Below the pieces are notes generated by a model. That model saw nothing but the letters and a program-made list of their open reading frames with translations. It was not told the origin of the DNA and ran no database searches. Positions 13,254 through 26,093 of a stretch of 64,000 nucleotides of DNA are shown piece by piece (the first letter of the stretch is position 1; every line of letters starts with the position of its first letter). The position numbers and the translations under genes are program-made. The DNA is from Squalus acanthias (Eukaryota). The stretch is taken from contig CM059432.1 in NCBI GenBank assembly GCA_030390025.1, forward strand, positions 120,840,001 through 120,904,000, written 5' to 3'.

Positions 13254-13918
13254 TGTAACCAGTTAAGATGGTTTTAGGATTGAATGGAAAACCTTTGATA
13301 AGAATGACATCAAATAAATACTACTGTCATATTGTATTTTATGATGGTTTTTGAAACACCTAAACACAGAGACAGGATTCTAAAAGTAAACAGCTGAATT
13401 AACAGTAAGAATAGAAAGAAGTCAACAGAGTATCACTAGAGACAATTAGCTTACATCAGCAGAAAACTTCAAAGAATATACCACTAAAAAAGAGTATAAA
13501 AATAAGAGCTTTTCAGATAGAGAATCAGAAGTCGCTGGATAGGCGGGCGATTCTCACCTTCAGAACCACTCTGTAGGCCTACAACTCTGAGTCTCGGGTA
13601 ATCAAGGTATTTGATTTTGGTGGATATTCTGGATTAAGAAATAAGTAGAAGTGCGGAAATGTAACGAAGTTAAGATTTGAGAATAAGGATCTCTGATAAG
13701 AAATGTAAGCTATTTGTATTTTGAACGGTTAAAGTTGCGATTGCCATACCAGCTGTTAACGAAATGTCGGTTCTTCAATAAATCTATATATTTTTAAAAT
13801 TGTCTCACAGAGTAATTTCTGAATCAATCTCGCGAACTCAATTTCTGTACACTCTTCAGTGAGGAGTTGCAGAATTCTGGGGGGGTTTCCGGACCCTCAT
13901 AATATCCGGAAGGTTACA
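13254..13918 (+). mobile_element. Possible LTR-like sequence
   Basis: TGTAACC...GGTTACA termini, TATAAAA ~13495, AATAAA ~13778; no TSD or PBS found. Confidence 0.3.
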
Positions 13919-14244
13919 GTCTAGTTAAACTTGTTAAAATTGCTATCTGGAGGACGGTAACATCTTTAGGCTGTTCCTTTCCTTTAGGGAGAGATAGTCT
14001 GAACCTTTAGACCCAATTAAGCATCTCTAGGATTCGGCTACCGCTAACTTTAGTTGAAGGTGAATGTCGGGGGAATACGCCTGATCTGGGGTAGCCCGAA
14101 AAGGGCTGGGACTTGTAATGATCCCTTCACCTGGTTCCATGATAAATGCAACCACATCTAGTCCCTGAACTCTATCTTATAAATCACAGCATTTTGACTG
14201 AACTGCATAAAAAGAAACTGGTTGGTGGTGAAGTAATAACTAAA

Positions 14245-14703
14245 GACTTGCATTTATATAGCGCCTTCCATGACCTCCGGACATCCCAAAGCACTTTACA
14301 GCCAATGAAGTACTTTTGGAGTGGAGTCACTGTTGTAATGTGGGAAACGCAGCAGCCAATTTGCACACAGCAAGCTCCCACAAGCAGCAATGTGATAATG
14401 AGCAGATAATCTGTTTTTGTTATGTTGATTGAGGGATAAATATTGGCCAGGACACTGGGGATAACTCCCCTGCTCTTGTTCGAAATAGTGCCATGGGATC
14501 TTTTACGTCCACCTGAGAGAGCAGACGGGGCCTCGGTTCAACCTCTCATCCGAAAGATAGCACCTCTGACAGTGCAGCGCTCCCTCAGTACTGCACTGGA
14601 GTGTCAGCCTAGATTTTTGCGCTCAAGTCTCTGGAGTGGGACTTAAACCCACAACCTTCTGACTCAGAGGTGAGTGTGCTACCAACTGAGCCAGGGCTGA
14701 CAC
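14245..14703 (-). mobile_element. Full-length Deu-domain SINE (SacSINE1-like)
   Basis: Reverse complement has tRNA head, Deu core and 3' end GGCGCTATATAAATGCAAGTC. Confidence 0.9.
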
Positions 14704-15285
14704 TTTATAAATTTAAATTTCATACAAGAATGTTATCTTTGTATAAAACCTATCTGTAATGGGGAAGTGTTACCATTTTTAAATTACACACTAAAATGCC
14801 TGATAAAATACTGCTGGTGCAAATGGAACATAGCTAACTGGTCCAACGTGCCTTGGTACAATGGCTGTGGTCTCCAAGCAATGCGGTAAAGCCAGTATGA
14901 TACAAGCAAGAACCCAGGCCAGTATTGAGGCAACCAGGCAACTACCACATGTGGTGGGGAGGAGACTGGCAGTGGGAACCAGCTGCCATATAAGGGTGCT
15001 GGACCCAAGGGTGCCATTTTTTTTAGGAGTTTGGTCTCTTGTATAAATCGGAAAGGCTCACAAGTTGTGTGCATGTGATTCCCCCCACCCAATTTTCCTC
15101 TATTCACTTTGCCCCAATTATAGCGAAGCAGCGTAAAAGAAAATCTACCCCATGTACATTTCCACCTTGAGATCTTCTATAGTTCAGGTTCAACTTGTTG
15201 CGCTATTCGGTCATTGAATTCGCGTAAATATGATGGAATTCTTCAACTCACAAAAAAGGAGCTAAGAAGCTCAAGTATTAACAAT

Positions 15286-15920
15286 AGAAGCATAGAAATA
15301 TAGAAACATAGAAAAATAGGAGCAGGAGTAGGCCATTCGGCCCTTCGAGACTGCTCCGCCATTCAATATGATCATGGCTGATCCTCTATCTCAATACCAT
15401 ATTCCCGCTCTCTCCCCATACCCCTTGATGCCTTTTGTGTCTAGAAATCTATCTATCTCCTTCTTAAATATATTCAGTGACTTGGTCTCCACAGCCTTCT
15501 ATGGTAGAGAATTCCACAGGTTCACCACCCTCTGAGTGAAGAAATTTCTCCTCATCTCAGTCCTAAATGTCCTACCCCGTATCCTGAGACTGTGACCCCT
15601 CGTTCTAGACCCCCCAACCAGGGGGAAACATCCTCCCTGCATCCACTCTGTCTAGCCCTGTCAGAATTGTATACGTTTCAATGAGATCCCCTCTCATTCT
15701 TCTAAACTCTAGTGAATACAGGCCTTGTCGACCCAATCTCTCCTCATACGACAGTCCTGCCATCCCAGGAATCAGTCTGGTGAACCTTCGCTGCACTCCC
15801 TCTATGGCAAGTATATCCTTTCTTAGGTAAGGAGATCAAAACTGCACACAGTACTCCAGGTGTGGTCTCACAAGGCCCTGTATAACTGTAGTAAGACATC
15901 CTTGTTCCTGTACTCAAATC
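15286..15920 (-). mobile_element. CR1 LINE 3' fragment
   Basis: [20 protein letters not shown]...RRMRGDLIETY; (CATAGAAA)n tail. Confidence 0.92.
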
Positions 15921-17521
15921 CAATAGACATATGTAATTACTGTACTATGGTACATAATTTTATATGTCTCTGTACCCACTTGAGTGCTCAATCATTAGTT
16001 GCTTATTGGTGCATATGTTACAAAACCATACACCATGACTGACTTATTCACATCACAGTATTTTGTCTAAAACAAGCTTGATATACATTTCCTTTTCTTA
16101 TCTAGCACCTGATTTATTCTTATACATTGTCCATGTTATCACTTGCCCCATTCATTCCTTCTTCAGCAATCTTTTGGCCACCAACTTGAAAACCCCTTTA
16201 GCAGGAAACTGTTTTGAAAGTTGTGTTCCACAATGAAAAACATTCAGTCCCAGCTTAATAGAATTAAATACATTTTTGTTTAAAGTAGTAAATTTATGTA
16301 ACTTATAGTTATTTTAAAAATGTGATGTTTTTAAAAAATTTATTTGAAGTTTAAGTGTGGTTTTGGGGCCGATCTCTATTCATAGATTTGACAGGTCTTC
16401 CTGTCAAATCTATGAATGAAAATGCCCTGCTAGGATTGGCTCTCCATGGCCCACGTGATCCCAGGGGACGCTTCGAACTAACTGCGCCCCTGGGATACAC
16501 AAGCACTGCGTGCTGGCAGCTGGAGGAGGCCCAGGACCCGAAGTCCTCGTGGGCCCAAAGCACAACTGCAGGCGCGGTAGGCAAGTACGTGTGCAATGCT
16601 TGCACCCGCAGGAAGCCGGAAAGCCAAATTTCTGGCCCAGTGTCGATGGGCTTTGCTGTGCTTCTAGGCAGAGAGGTTAATGCCACTGTTTAGTTGAGTG
16701 AACCTTTCTGTGTTAGACATTTTTAAGACGTCTTTGAAGCAGTAGAAGCTTTTTAGCTGGTTTTAAGCTTTGTGTGGTAGTACTAAGTATTAAAGTGTAG
16801 GAATTATTTGTCTAGTGTATGTAGAAGGCACGTCAGTTAAAGGCGAAAGTGCATCTCTGGAAAATCAGACCTCATTCTCCGAAAGGATAGGGGATGGTGG
16901 TGGGCGGGGGGGGGGGGGGGGGCGGGAGGGTGGAGTGGGGGTGAAGAAAGAAAGAGAGAAAGAGAGAGAGAGGACTTACAAACTTATGGCTGAATCAGTC
17001 AGTTTTTGGTCACATATAAGTGAGTCCATTAGCTATATAGTTTTCCATAAGATGAAGGGAAGTGAGATTTAGCCCTGCTCGTCTAAATCCAGCTATCAGT
17101 GCAGGAGGTGAATTTACACAAGAGCAGAGGATCCAAGAAGGATCGCATATCACCATTACAGACAAAGGATTATCACCTTGATGTCTCAGGAGCCTAATAC
17201 CATAATTCCAGAGGACAGCGAGGCAACCAACTACGCTAATTCATAAGGACAGGTTTTATAAGTTCTGCAAAATTGTTAACTGTGCACATATAAATTTTAA
17301 TCCATCCAATAGACTAATGCTGTTAATTTGTCAGCTATTTTAGGAGTGTAATCATAAATTAATCTCATCAAATTATATTAATTTCAGACACTGCTCTCAA
17401 CTGTAAATTTATAATCACCAGTTAATGCTGAATTACTGGGACATAACTGAACTGCCTTTGTAACCATTGTTGTTACTCATCCTTTCAATCATCCCCTCTA
17501 CTAAACAATTACGTACTCAAT

Positions 17522-18019
17522 GGGGGGATTTCTAACCCCAAAAAATGGGTGGGTTGGGGTTGGGTGGGAGGTTTTTAAATATATTTAAATAAGTTTAATT
17601 TCAGTGGGTGGCACTTTAAATATTATAATGAGGCTGGAAGCCTTGGATTTAACCCGCTGTGCAGGTTTAACTGTGGCCGGCCAGGGTTCCTGGGTCTCGG
17701 GATTCCCGGCAGTTGCAGTGAGGCGAGGACAGACTCAGGGAGCAATCCTTGTGGGCTGGGAGGGGCTTCCTCTCACCCCCCAAGCTCCCCCACCATCAGC
17801 ACCCCGCCCCCACTTTCCGGGGACCAGAGGTCCCCCCCATGGAGTCGGGGATCAGACCCCCCCACGCCAGGGTCGGGGCTCGCACCTACCCGGGGCTGCG
17901 GCCTCTTGTCCAGGGTTCCCCACCCGACTGGAAGCCAACCTGTCAATCAGGCTGATTTCCGGTTGGGAAACCTGTCCGAGATGCTCTACCGTCCTCATCT
18001 AATCGTCAAAATTCTGGCC
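17522..18019. mobile_element. Harbinger-type MITE
   Basis: G-rich left end, AAAATTCTGGCC right end, flanked by AAT/AAT; similar to 55229-55660. Confidence 0.55.
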
Positions 18020-19182
18020 AATGTCTAAGTTTAAATGCTGCTGATTAAGATCCTGAGGTTAATAAAGAAATGTTAGTTCAAGACTTCATGATCTAGATGC
18101 TTCTTTAATAATTTGACAAGAAAAGGTTAATTCATTCACTCAGCAACTCATATATAACCTAATGGGAGGTGATTAGTGTTAATGCTAATACAATCTAAAT
18201 TGGTTAATGTAAGCCAGTTTGGCGAGCCATATTTAAGCATCATTAACTCCTAGGCATAGACTGGGTGGTAACCCCAGATGGTTCCTTGCTGAGGAGTTAA
18301 AATGAGGGGTCACGGTTTCTTCGTGTGCCTTTGATATGTATTCTTGTCACGGTACCCATCCCAGTGTTCTTCAAAGTGGCAAGAGCTTCAGGGCGTAAAA
18401 TTCAACTCTGGCAAGATGAGACATGGGCGTTAGCGGTTGGGACATCTGTTACACTCAACTGACCTCAATGGACAGGAAAAGAGTGCATGTATAATGAGCG
18501 GCCAATCCACTACCGCCCGTCTTGTGCTGCCGCCAAATTCAATGTTACCCACTTTGGTTGTTTATACTACAGAGTTGCCTCCAGCAGCACTCCTGCCATT
18601 GAAAGCGACTCAAGGTGCATTAGAGGTGTTATCAGAATCTACTTTGTACAGCTGTAATAGAGCCATATGTTTTACAGTGCCATTTCCATCTCCATCTTCA
18701 TCCCTTCTGGTCATATATATGTGTTATAGCATGCTGTTGAATTTAAGGGTATCAGTCCAATTAACTGTACTTGTTTAGTTCGGAGCAGCTTTCATTTGTA
18801 CTTCCTAACTAGCAAAAAGGATTCAGGGCATTCGTCACAGCAAATGAATATGTAGTGATCGCAGTAAATTGTCCTTATAGGTTGTCGTTTTTCAAGCAAT
18901 CAGCAAACTGTCAAGCAATAAAGCATGTGCGATAAGTGCTGCATTCAAGTAGGTGGCACAGCTGAATGGATACACATTTCCAGAGTTCTCCAGCTCTGGC
19001 TTCCCATTACTGGTTAAAAGCCTTAAACATGCAACAGATGTGAAAGATGGTTTTCTCATTACTGAACATTCAAGTCAGTTAACAGCCAAGTGTACTACTT
19101 AGGCCTGCTGTCTAATTTAATGATATTTTTGTGCTGTGTTCTCTTACTTCCTCTGTTGTTTATTTTCCTTGTTTGTGGACAG

Positions 19183-19241
19183 CTGCACCAGGCTTTTTGG
19201 TCAATTTTCTGGAGGAAATGAGGAAGCGGATGGTGTTGTAG
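19183..19241 (+). CDS. Putative terminal coding exon of unidentified host gene ((P)APGFLVNFLEEMRKRMVL*)
   Basis: Long polypyrimidine tract and GACAG| acceptor; phase 1 continues the 12314 exon in frame to TAG at 19239-19241. Confidence 0.6.
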
Positions 19242-19805
19242 CATCTACTCTACCCTATTAGGAAGAGCACAGAATGTCTCCTGCTATTGTTGGACCACTT
19301 GCCACTTAATACTCACACAGCAAATATGCTTTCTTGGCCTAACGAGAGAGATTGGCCATTTTGCACGCTAAAGTGGCCTCTTTTTCATTTGTTTTATTTC
19401 CCTTGAATTGACATTGACAGTATGCAGTTCTTTTTGACCACATTATTTCATCAGTGACCTGACGGCATAGGGAAAGATACTGCTGAAGGTTATTATTCTA
19501 AAATCAAATCTCCGCGGTTTGCCCTCGAAAATGGGCACAGGAATTGCGATGATCGATCAACCCAAGCCCGTTTGGAGGACTGCAGGCAGCCCGCGAACTT
19601 CATGCTGCCTGCTCATTTCCATGATTGTGCCGTGCAGCCCAGTGTTGAACATGCTGATGAATGGCTGAACGCTCAGCGGGGGACCCAAGTTTCATACAAG
19701 GCTAGCATCACTTAAAGCTAGCCTGCACTGCTTAAAGGCAGTCTGCACCTCTAAAAGGGGTGGCGGGGGGGGGGGAATGCATTCTGCCTGCAGCAGATCA
19801 TTGAA

Positions 19806-20490
19806 ATGGCTGGGGAAGACAGTGGAAAAGAACAATTAATGTTGGCGGGGAGAGAGCGAGCATCAAGATTCTCCAATACAGCACTGGAGGCCTTGGTGCA
19901 GGAAGTCAATAAGTGGAGAGAGGTTCTCTTTCCACAGGGGGCCAGGAGGCCCTCCAGGCAACAGAGCAAAGTGCAGTGGGAGCAGATAACCACTGTGGTG
20001 AATGCCAGCAGTGTAGCCCTGAGGACATGGACGCAGTGCAGGGAGAAGTTTAATTTCCTCACACGAGTGGTCAAGGTCAGTGAATTCACCTTCAAATGTC
20101 ATATCCCACCATCTGCACCACCAGCCTCACACACTGCTCAATGCAACACACCCCCATCACTCACCCACCAACAATCTCTGCCAAAACGACTCATTCCTCA
20201 CATTCATTGCTTCACCTCACCCTCACACACTTACCCCTGCTGCAAGGCTTACACCCACATCTCACAGCTTGCACACACTGGCAGCTATTCAACCATGAAA
20301 GACACATTTCACCCAAACACATTGCACCACACGCACTGACACTCTTCCCTCTCTCTTGCAGGAAAAGGTGGTGCATAACCGGCGCCAACAGAACCTAACC
20401 AGCAGGGGACAGGCTCGCATGCATCACCTCACCCCCATGGAGGAGACGGTGCTGGCCATTCTTGGGAGGGGCATGGCCGGGCCACTAGGG
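19806..20490 (+). pseudogene. Harbinger Myb/SANT-like DNA-binding protein, exons 1-2
   Basis: RASRFSNTALEALVQEV..REVLFP..W..I...VNA...RTWTQCREKFNFL; intron 20076-20361 (AAG|GTCAGT ... TTGCAG|GAAAAG). Confidence 0.85.
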
Positions 20491-20738
20491 TAGCACTTCA
20501 TAGGAACACGAGGACAGGCAAAGGCACACGCAAAAGACAGGCACTAAGGAAATGCACAAGGGTGATTAGTTGACTTTGTTATGTAATATTGGATGGATTG
20601 ATGAATAAAGTTGGATTGGAATGTTTCTTTTGTGGTGGCTTTTATTGTAGCATAGTGGCCAAGTGGAAGCTGTGATGGTCAGTAACATTGGGAAGGGAAG
20701 GTGTGGGACTATTGTTCAATGGGGAATTGGGGTTGTGT

Positions 20739-21853
20739 TCACTGGTACCGCTGTTGGATGAGTCAGTCATGGACAGCCCAGGCAAAAAGAGGCTGTCTGG
20801 GTTGCCTCCTCCCTCCGCTTTCTCCTCCTCCTCCTCCTCAGCTAGTCGCCGTATGCCTGGTGGCAAGCGCTGCACTCTCATGATGGCGAGGTTGTGGAGC
20901 ATGCAGCAGATGATGCCATATCTTGAGATGCATTCTGGTGAGTACTGCAGGGCTCCTTCAGAGCGGTCCAGGCAGTGGAAGTGTTGTTTAAGGACGCCAA
21001 TGGTCTGCTCTATCAGATTTTGTGTGGTAGCCTGGCTCTCATTGTATGCATGCCTGCCACGTGTGGTTGGGTTGCGGAATGGTTTCATGAGCCAGGTGGT
21101 CAGCAGATAGCCCTTGGCGCCCTGTAGCCACCCTCTGGTTTGTCTTGGTGGCTCAAAGACTGAGGAAACAGCGGACTGGCACAGAATAAAAGCATCATGA
21201 CTGATGCCGGGATACCGGGATATTCATCATCATGATGTGCTGAGCATGGTCGCACACCAACTGCACATTCAACGAGTGGTAACCTTTGCGGTTGCAGTAC
21301 ATCTCAGCATTTAGATGTGGCACCCGCAAAGCCACGTGCGTGCAGTCGATGGCACCCTGCACCATGGGGAAGCCCACTATCCTGGCAAAGCCAAGTACAT
21401 GCTCTGCCTGCTTCTCTCTGGTCAGAGAGAAGACAATGAATTCCCCTCTCCTGGCTTAAAAAGCGTCTGTCACCTCTCTTATGCAGCAGTGGACGTCGAA
21501 CTGGGAGATGTTACAGATGTTGCCTGCTCCAGTCTGGAAGGATCCTGATGCGAAGCATTTCAGGGCCACAGTCACCAACACAGCCACGGGTAGCGCAGTC
21601 CTTGCCCTGATGTGAGGCTGCAGGTCTGGTTGCAAGAGGTGGCAGATTTCTGTGAACACCTCCTTCGTAAAGCGCAGATGCTTCACACGCTGCTCCTGGC
21701 TTAGGTTGAGGTAAGAGAATTAATCTTGGAAGACCCTAGGTGATTAAGGCCTCCTGTTGAGAGCCCTCCTCCCCTCCTCCTCCTCCCTCAAATCCTCTGC
21801 TCCATCTCCCTGTCATGCTGCAGGCCAAGGGGAATGACAACTAGAGCACCCAT
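20739..21853 (-). pseudogene. Harbinger DDE transposase (HARBI1-like), frameshifted
   Basis: [31 protein letters not shown] and CCMLHN motifs spread over several frames. Confidence 0.92.
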
Positions 21854-22186
21854 GACTGGGAACAAGTGGTCTGACTAGAACTCTTGAAGTCAGAAGCAAG
21901 GCCTCCTCCACTTGCAGCACCACTCCCTGTCACCTCACCAACTTTAAACAACTCTAGAAAGCTCCAAACACTTCCACAACCCACACAAATGCATAGTAGT
22001 GAGTCAGCAATGCATGAGAAATCATTTGACATCGCATTTCCAGAACTGTGGTCAGAGTTGACGGATCTTAGATGCAGAAAGCATTCAACCATCATAAAGA
22101 GTTTATGGAGCTTGGGATGTCTGTCAACTTGTCTTCAGAAATACTGCTGAAATCAAGAAGCAGATGCACAACATAAGTTAAATAGA

Positions 22187-22394
22187 AAATGCTGGAAACA
22201 CTCAGCAGGCCAGGCAGCATCCATGGAGAGAGAAACAGAGTTAACGTTTCAGGTCTGAGTTTCAGATGAAGGGTCCCAGACCTGAAACGTTAACTCTGTT
22301 TCTCTCTCCACGGATGCTGCCTTGCCTGCTGAGTGTTTCCAGCATTTTCCGTTGTTATTTCAGATTTCCAGCATCCGCAGTATTTTGCTATTGT
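22187..22394. mobile_element. Inverted Penelope-like pLTR insertion
   Basis: Inverted arms around a mutated hammerhead core (CAGATGA-AGGGTC..GACCT-GAAACGTT); flanking direct repeat ATAAGTTAAATAGA at 22173-22186 and 22395-22408. Confidence 0.8.
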
Positions 22395-22413
22395 ATAAGT
22401 TAAATAGAGTTTT

Positions 22414-23214
22414 GGGGGGCGATTTTCCCAGCCCTGGGGAGGCGGGTACCCATCCCGCCCCCAACCCGCCACCGTGCCATCTTGCCAGGAGGCGGGTACC
22501 CGACCCACGCTGGGAGCCGCCTCCTCGAGGCGGGAAGGGGATTCGTGCCAATTAAATGCCTGTTAACATGTAGTTAACAGGCAGTTTTTTTGATAATCCC
22601 TATTTTGCCACCTAAAGTGTGGGCTTCCCGACGGCTCCGAAACTCGTCAGGGTTAGCGAGACGATCCGTGGGTCTGCGGGGGTCGGAGGGACTGAGATGT
22701 CCGGTGTGCAGGTGAGTGATGGGTGCATGTGAGCAGAGGTAAGTGTGTGAGGTGAGTCTTAAGTGTTTTAAAAGCTTTACTTACCTTTGCTACTTCGTCC
22801 AGGCTTCATCCCTTCAGGTCTCGGGAGTCCCTCATCTCACCGGCACGGAAAGCAGATTGGCCGCTACATTCTCAAATGCATCAGCCTTCAGCTTTCTGCT
22901 CAGGATAGATCTCTAAGTAAGCCTGTGTCCCAGGACTCAACTTAGAAGACAGATAGTCAGTGTTTGACAGCTTCACAGAGCTCTCAAACGATGACAATTC
23001 ATCCGTCAAAAGCTCTTGACAGATGAAACGTCACTCGCTGACGTCACCTGTAGCCGGCTTTCCCTTAATTGAGCTGCTAAGCTAGCTGGGCAGGCTTAAC
23101 AAGGTCAATCAAGGGAAAATAGCGTGGGTTGGCCGGACGTCGATGGAGGCGGGACTAAAACCTGACAAGCAGCAGCCCCGCCTCCATCACATCTCCATTG
23201 GCAAAACCACCCCC
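22414..23214. mobile_element. Non-autonomous Harbinger element (~800 bp)
   Basis: GGGGCGATTTT / AAAACCACCCC termini; colinear similarity to 8038-8885; TSD not clean. Confidence 0.75.
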
Positions 23215-23816
23215 ATAGAGTCATAACGGCACAGAAGGAGGCCATTCAGCCTATCGAGTCTGTGCCGGCTCTCTGTAGAGCAATCCAGTCAGTCCCATTC
23301 CCCCGCTCTGTCCCCGTAGCCCTGCAAGTTTATTTCCCTCAAGTGCCTATCCAGTCTCCCCTTGAAAACATTGAGTGTCTTCGCTTCCACCAATTCCGTT
23401 GGCAGCGAGTTCCAGGTCCTCACCACTCGCTGCGTAAAAAAGTTTTTCCTCACATTCCCCCTGTATCTCTTGCCCAAAACCTTAAATCTATGTCCCCTAG
23501 TCCTTGTACCATCAACTAGTGGGAACAGCATTTCCCCGTCTTGCCTATCCAAACCCGTCATAATCTTGTACACCTCTATCAAATCACCCCTCAACATCCT
23601 TTGCTCTAATGAACACAAATCCAGCTTCTCCAACATGTCCTTGTAGCTAAGATACCCCATCCCCGGAACCATTCTGGTAAATCTCCTCTGCACCCTCTCA
23701 AGACCCTTCACATCCTTCCTAATGTGTGGTGACCAGAACTGGACGCAATACTCCAGTTGTGGCCTAACCAGCGCTTTATAAAGGTTCAGCATAACTTCTC
23801 TACTTTTGTACTCAAT
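23215..23816 (-). mobile_element. CR1 LINE 3' fragment interrupted by Harbinger (continues at 34039-34080)
   Basis: EYKSREVMLNLYKALVRPQLEYCVQFW...; removing 23817-34038 restores YGILGFINRDIEYKSREV. Confidence 0.92.
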
Positions 23817-24097
23817 GGGTTGGATTTTGTCATTGGGGGCGGGTTGGGGGCGGGTCAGGTGGTCAGCGGGTCCCGCCCCTGATTCCGATGTGAGGCGGGA
23901 CAATTGAGCGATTTTGCCCTAATTGGGCACTTGATTTCCAGCGTGTGGGAACCCCTGGCCCAATGATTCTTTTGGACCTGAAACTCGCCTCTGATGACGT
24001 CATCTATGCAGCTGCATTTAAGGCCTGCAAGCAGCCTTGGTTCATTTTCTGCCTTACAACTTTTGGATTACACTTCTGAGGGATTAGTGGTCCAACC

Positions 24098-26093
24098 ATG
24101 GCAAGCTCCAGACCAAAGTGTGCACCCCGTTTGATGAGAACTCCCTCCAAGCTCTGGTGGAGGGAGCAAGAGCTAATAAGGAAGTGCTGTTTTCTTCTTC
24201 TGGGAGGAAAAAACCTCCCCAACAGACAAAAGCAATGTGGCTGCAAGTGGCACAGGAGGTGAATGCCATCTCAATGTGTAGCAGAACCTAGAAAGAGGTT
24301 TCATGACCTTCTCCGCACAGGAAAAGTGAGTATTACATCACCATGACCCTCAATCTGATCCCCATCGCCTCTCATCACCAGCACTCTGCTTTGTCAACTT
24401 CCTCCTCCACATCCCACTTGACCCTTACATCCCTGCACCCTTAACCATTCCCTCTCTCTGTATGTTCACATTCACTTAACTATTCGACTATGCAGCCCTC
24501 ACACTCCCTATCACTGTTATGCTATGACAACAACTTACAACACACAGGGAGGGCCCTTAGTCTTGGCACCTCACTCCATCTTTGTGTCCTTCTAAGCATC
24601 TATGCTATGGATTCTCTACACTCACTCCTTCATTCTCACTCAAACTCCACTTGTGTCCCTCATTGCAGGAAAAGAGAGCCCACAATAAGAGGCAAAGGGT
24701 GAGGACATGAGGAGGGCCACCCACAGTAGCCCAGCTCACCACTGCAGAGGAGGCGGCCCTGGAGATCGTGGGAGTCGAGGAGGATTCCCAAGTGGGGGAC
24801 AGACACGCGGGCGCAACAGAGCAAGCTGGTGACAGAATAGTTTTTCATCTCTCTCATTGACATTGCATGAGTGACTGATCTTGATTCTAATGCTGCAACA
24901 GATAGACTTATGATAATCTGCACACTTCAATGTGCATGCAACGTTTATCTCACATGCCTAACTCTTTCCTTTACACCCCCACAGGACCATCGACAGCCCC
25001 CCTTCCCCACTGTCCAGGAGGAACAGCCTGAGCCACCAGACTCCTCAGAGGAAGCTGCAACCTCTGAGGGCGCAGCGTCAGCAGAATTTAGTGCACCCAG
25101 CACCAGCACAGACACTCACACCTCGGTGGGACCTTCGGGAGATAGAGTAGTGTTGTCACCTAGTGTATCACAGCTCACAAGTGAGCATCAGCAGATGGTG
25201 GAGACAGGGACAGCAGTGGAGAGTCCTCGTCGGAGGGCGCAGGACTCTCCCAGCTCGGCTCAGCTGCATGTCGACCCTGTACCTCCGGGTCCATCCAGAA
25301 GGAGAGTGGTGCTGGAACTCCAGGAAGAGGTGCAGGAGTCTCTGGCAGGTTTTGTCTCCAGGGTCGTTGCGAGTGTGGAGCGAATGGAGGAGTCCATCGC
25401 GAACATGAGCAGAGCCTTTATGGAGGCATTGGCGCATGAACACATCACCACGGAAAGGATGGTAACCTCCGTGGAAAGGATGGCTACCTCCGTGGTAAGG
25501 CTGGCTACTGTAGAGGAGAGGATGGCTACGGTAGAGGAGAGGATGGCTACGGCCATGGAGGAGCTAAGCCGCCAGAGTCTTGAAAACATGGTCATTGTTC
25601 AGAATAGACTGACATCTCTTGAGGAGCGATGGTCAGCTACTGAGCAGAGAAACCAGACCTTCATGGAAGTCCTCTGGAGTATGACTTCCAGTGCAGAAAT
25701 GGGTCTGCATGGCCCCCCTGAAGTGCAGCAAGGTGCTGTCAAGCCACTTGCTAGCTCTGAAGTGGGGCTGACCCATGAGAGGGATGTTGGTGGCAGACAA
25801 CAAGGAAATGGGGCTCCTCTCCAAGCGCCCACATGACCATGCCACTGCAGAGCCCTCGGTCAGAGCCCCACCAGAGTCCTCACCCAACTGAGATCAGTGT
25901 CTCATCCCCTGCACAGCCGCAGGAGCAGCAGACTGTTGCCAAGCCCTCACAGGCTCGCAACCCCAGAGGACGCCCGCCAAAGGTGTCGCGGCAGGAGCAG
26001 CATGAAAGTGAGCAAGGGGCCTCCACATCTGCTGAAGCCACAGGGGAAGCACCATGTAGGAGCACGCGTAAGAGGAAGATAAAGCACAAGTAG
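24098..26093 (+). pseudogene. Three-exon Harbinger Myb/SANT plus coiled-coil protein gene
   Basis: Exon 1 24098-24325 (MASSRPKCAPR..LQALVEG..KEVLF..WLQVAQEVNA..KRFHDLLRTGK|GTGAGT); exon 2 24669-24828 (EKRAHNKRQRVRT*GGPP..LTTAEEAALEI); exon 3 24985-26093 (S/P/E-rich, heptad repeats, basic RSTRKRKIKHK end); several indels and stops. Confidence 0.82.
25450..25554 (+). repeat. Five 21-bp coding tandem repeats (VERMATS-type heptads)
   Basis: ACGGAAAGGATGGTAACCTCC / GTGGAAAGGATGGCTACCTCC / GTGGTAAGGCTGGCTACTGTA / GAGGAGAGGATGGCTACGGTA / GAGGAGAGGATGGCTACGGCC. Confidence 0.9.

Larger units (their letters stand above)
19490..22010 (+). mobile_element. Degenerate two-gene PIF/Harbinger transposon
   Basis: Convergent Myb/SANT and transposase pseudogenes; termini not resolved, so boundaries are approximate. 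Confidence 0.8.

Noticed and set aside
25450..25554. CRISPR-like array
   Set aside because: Contiguous 21-bp coding repeats without spacers, in eukaryotic DNA
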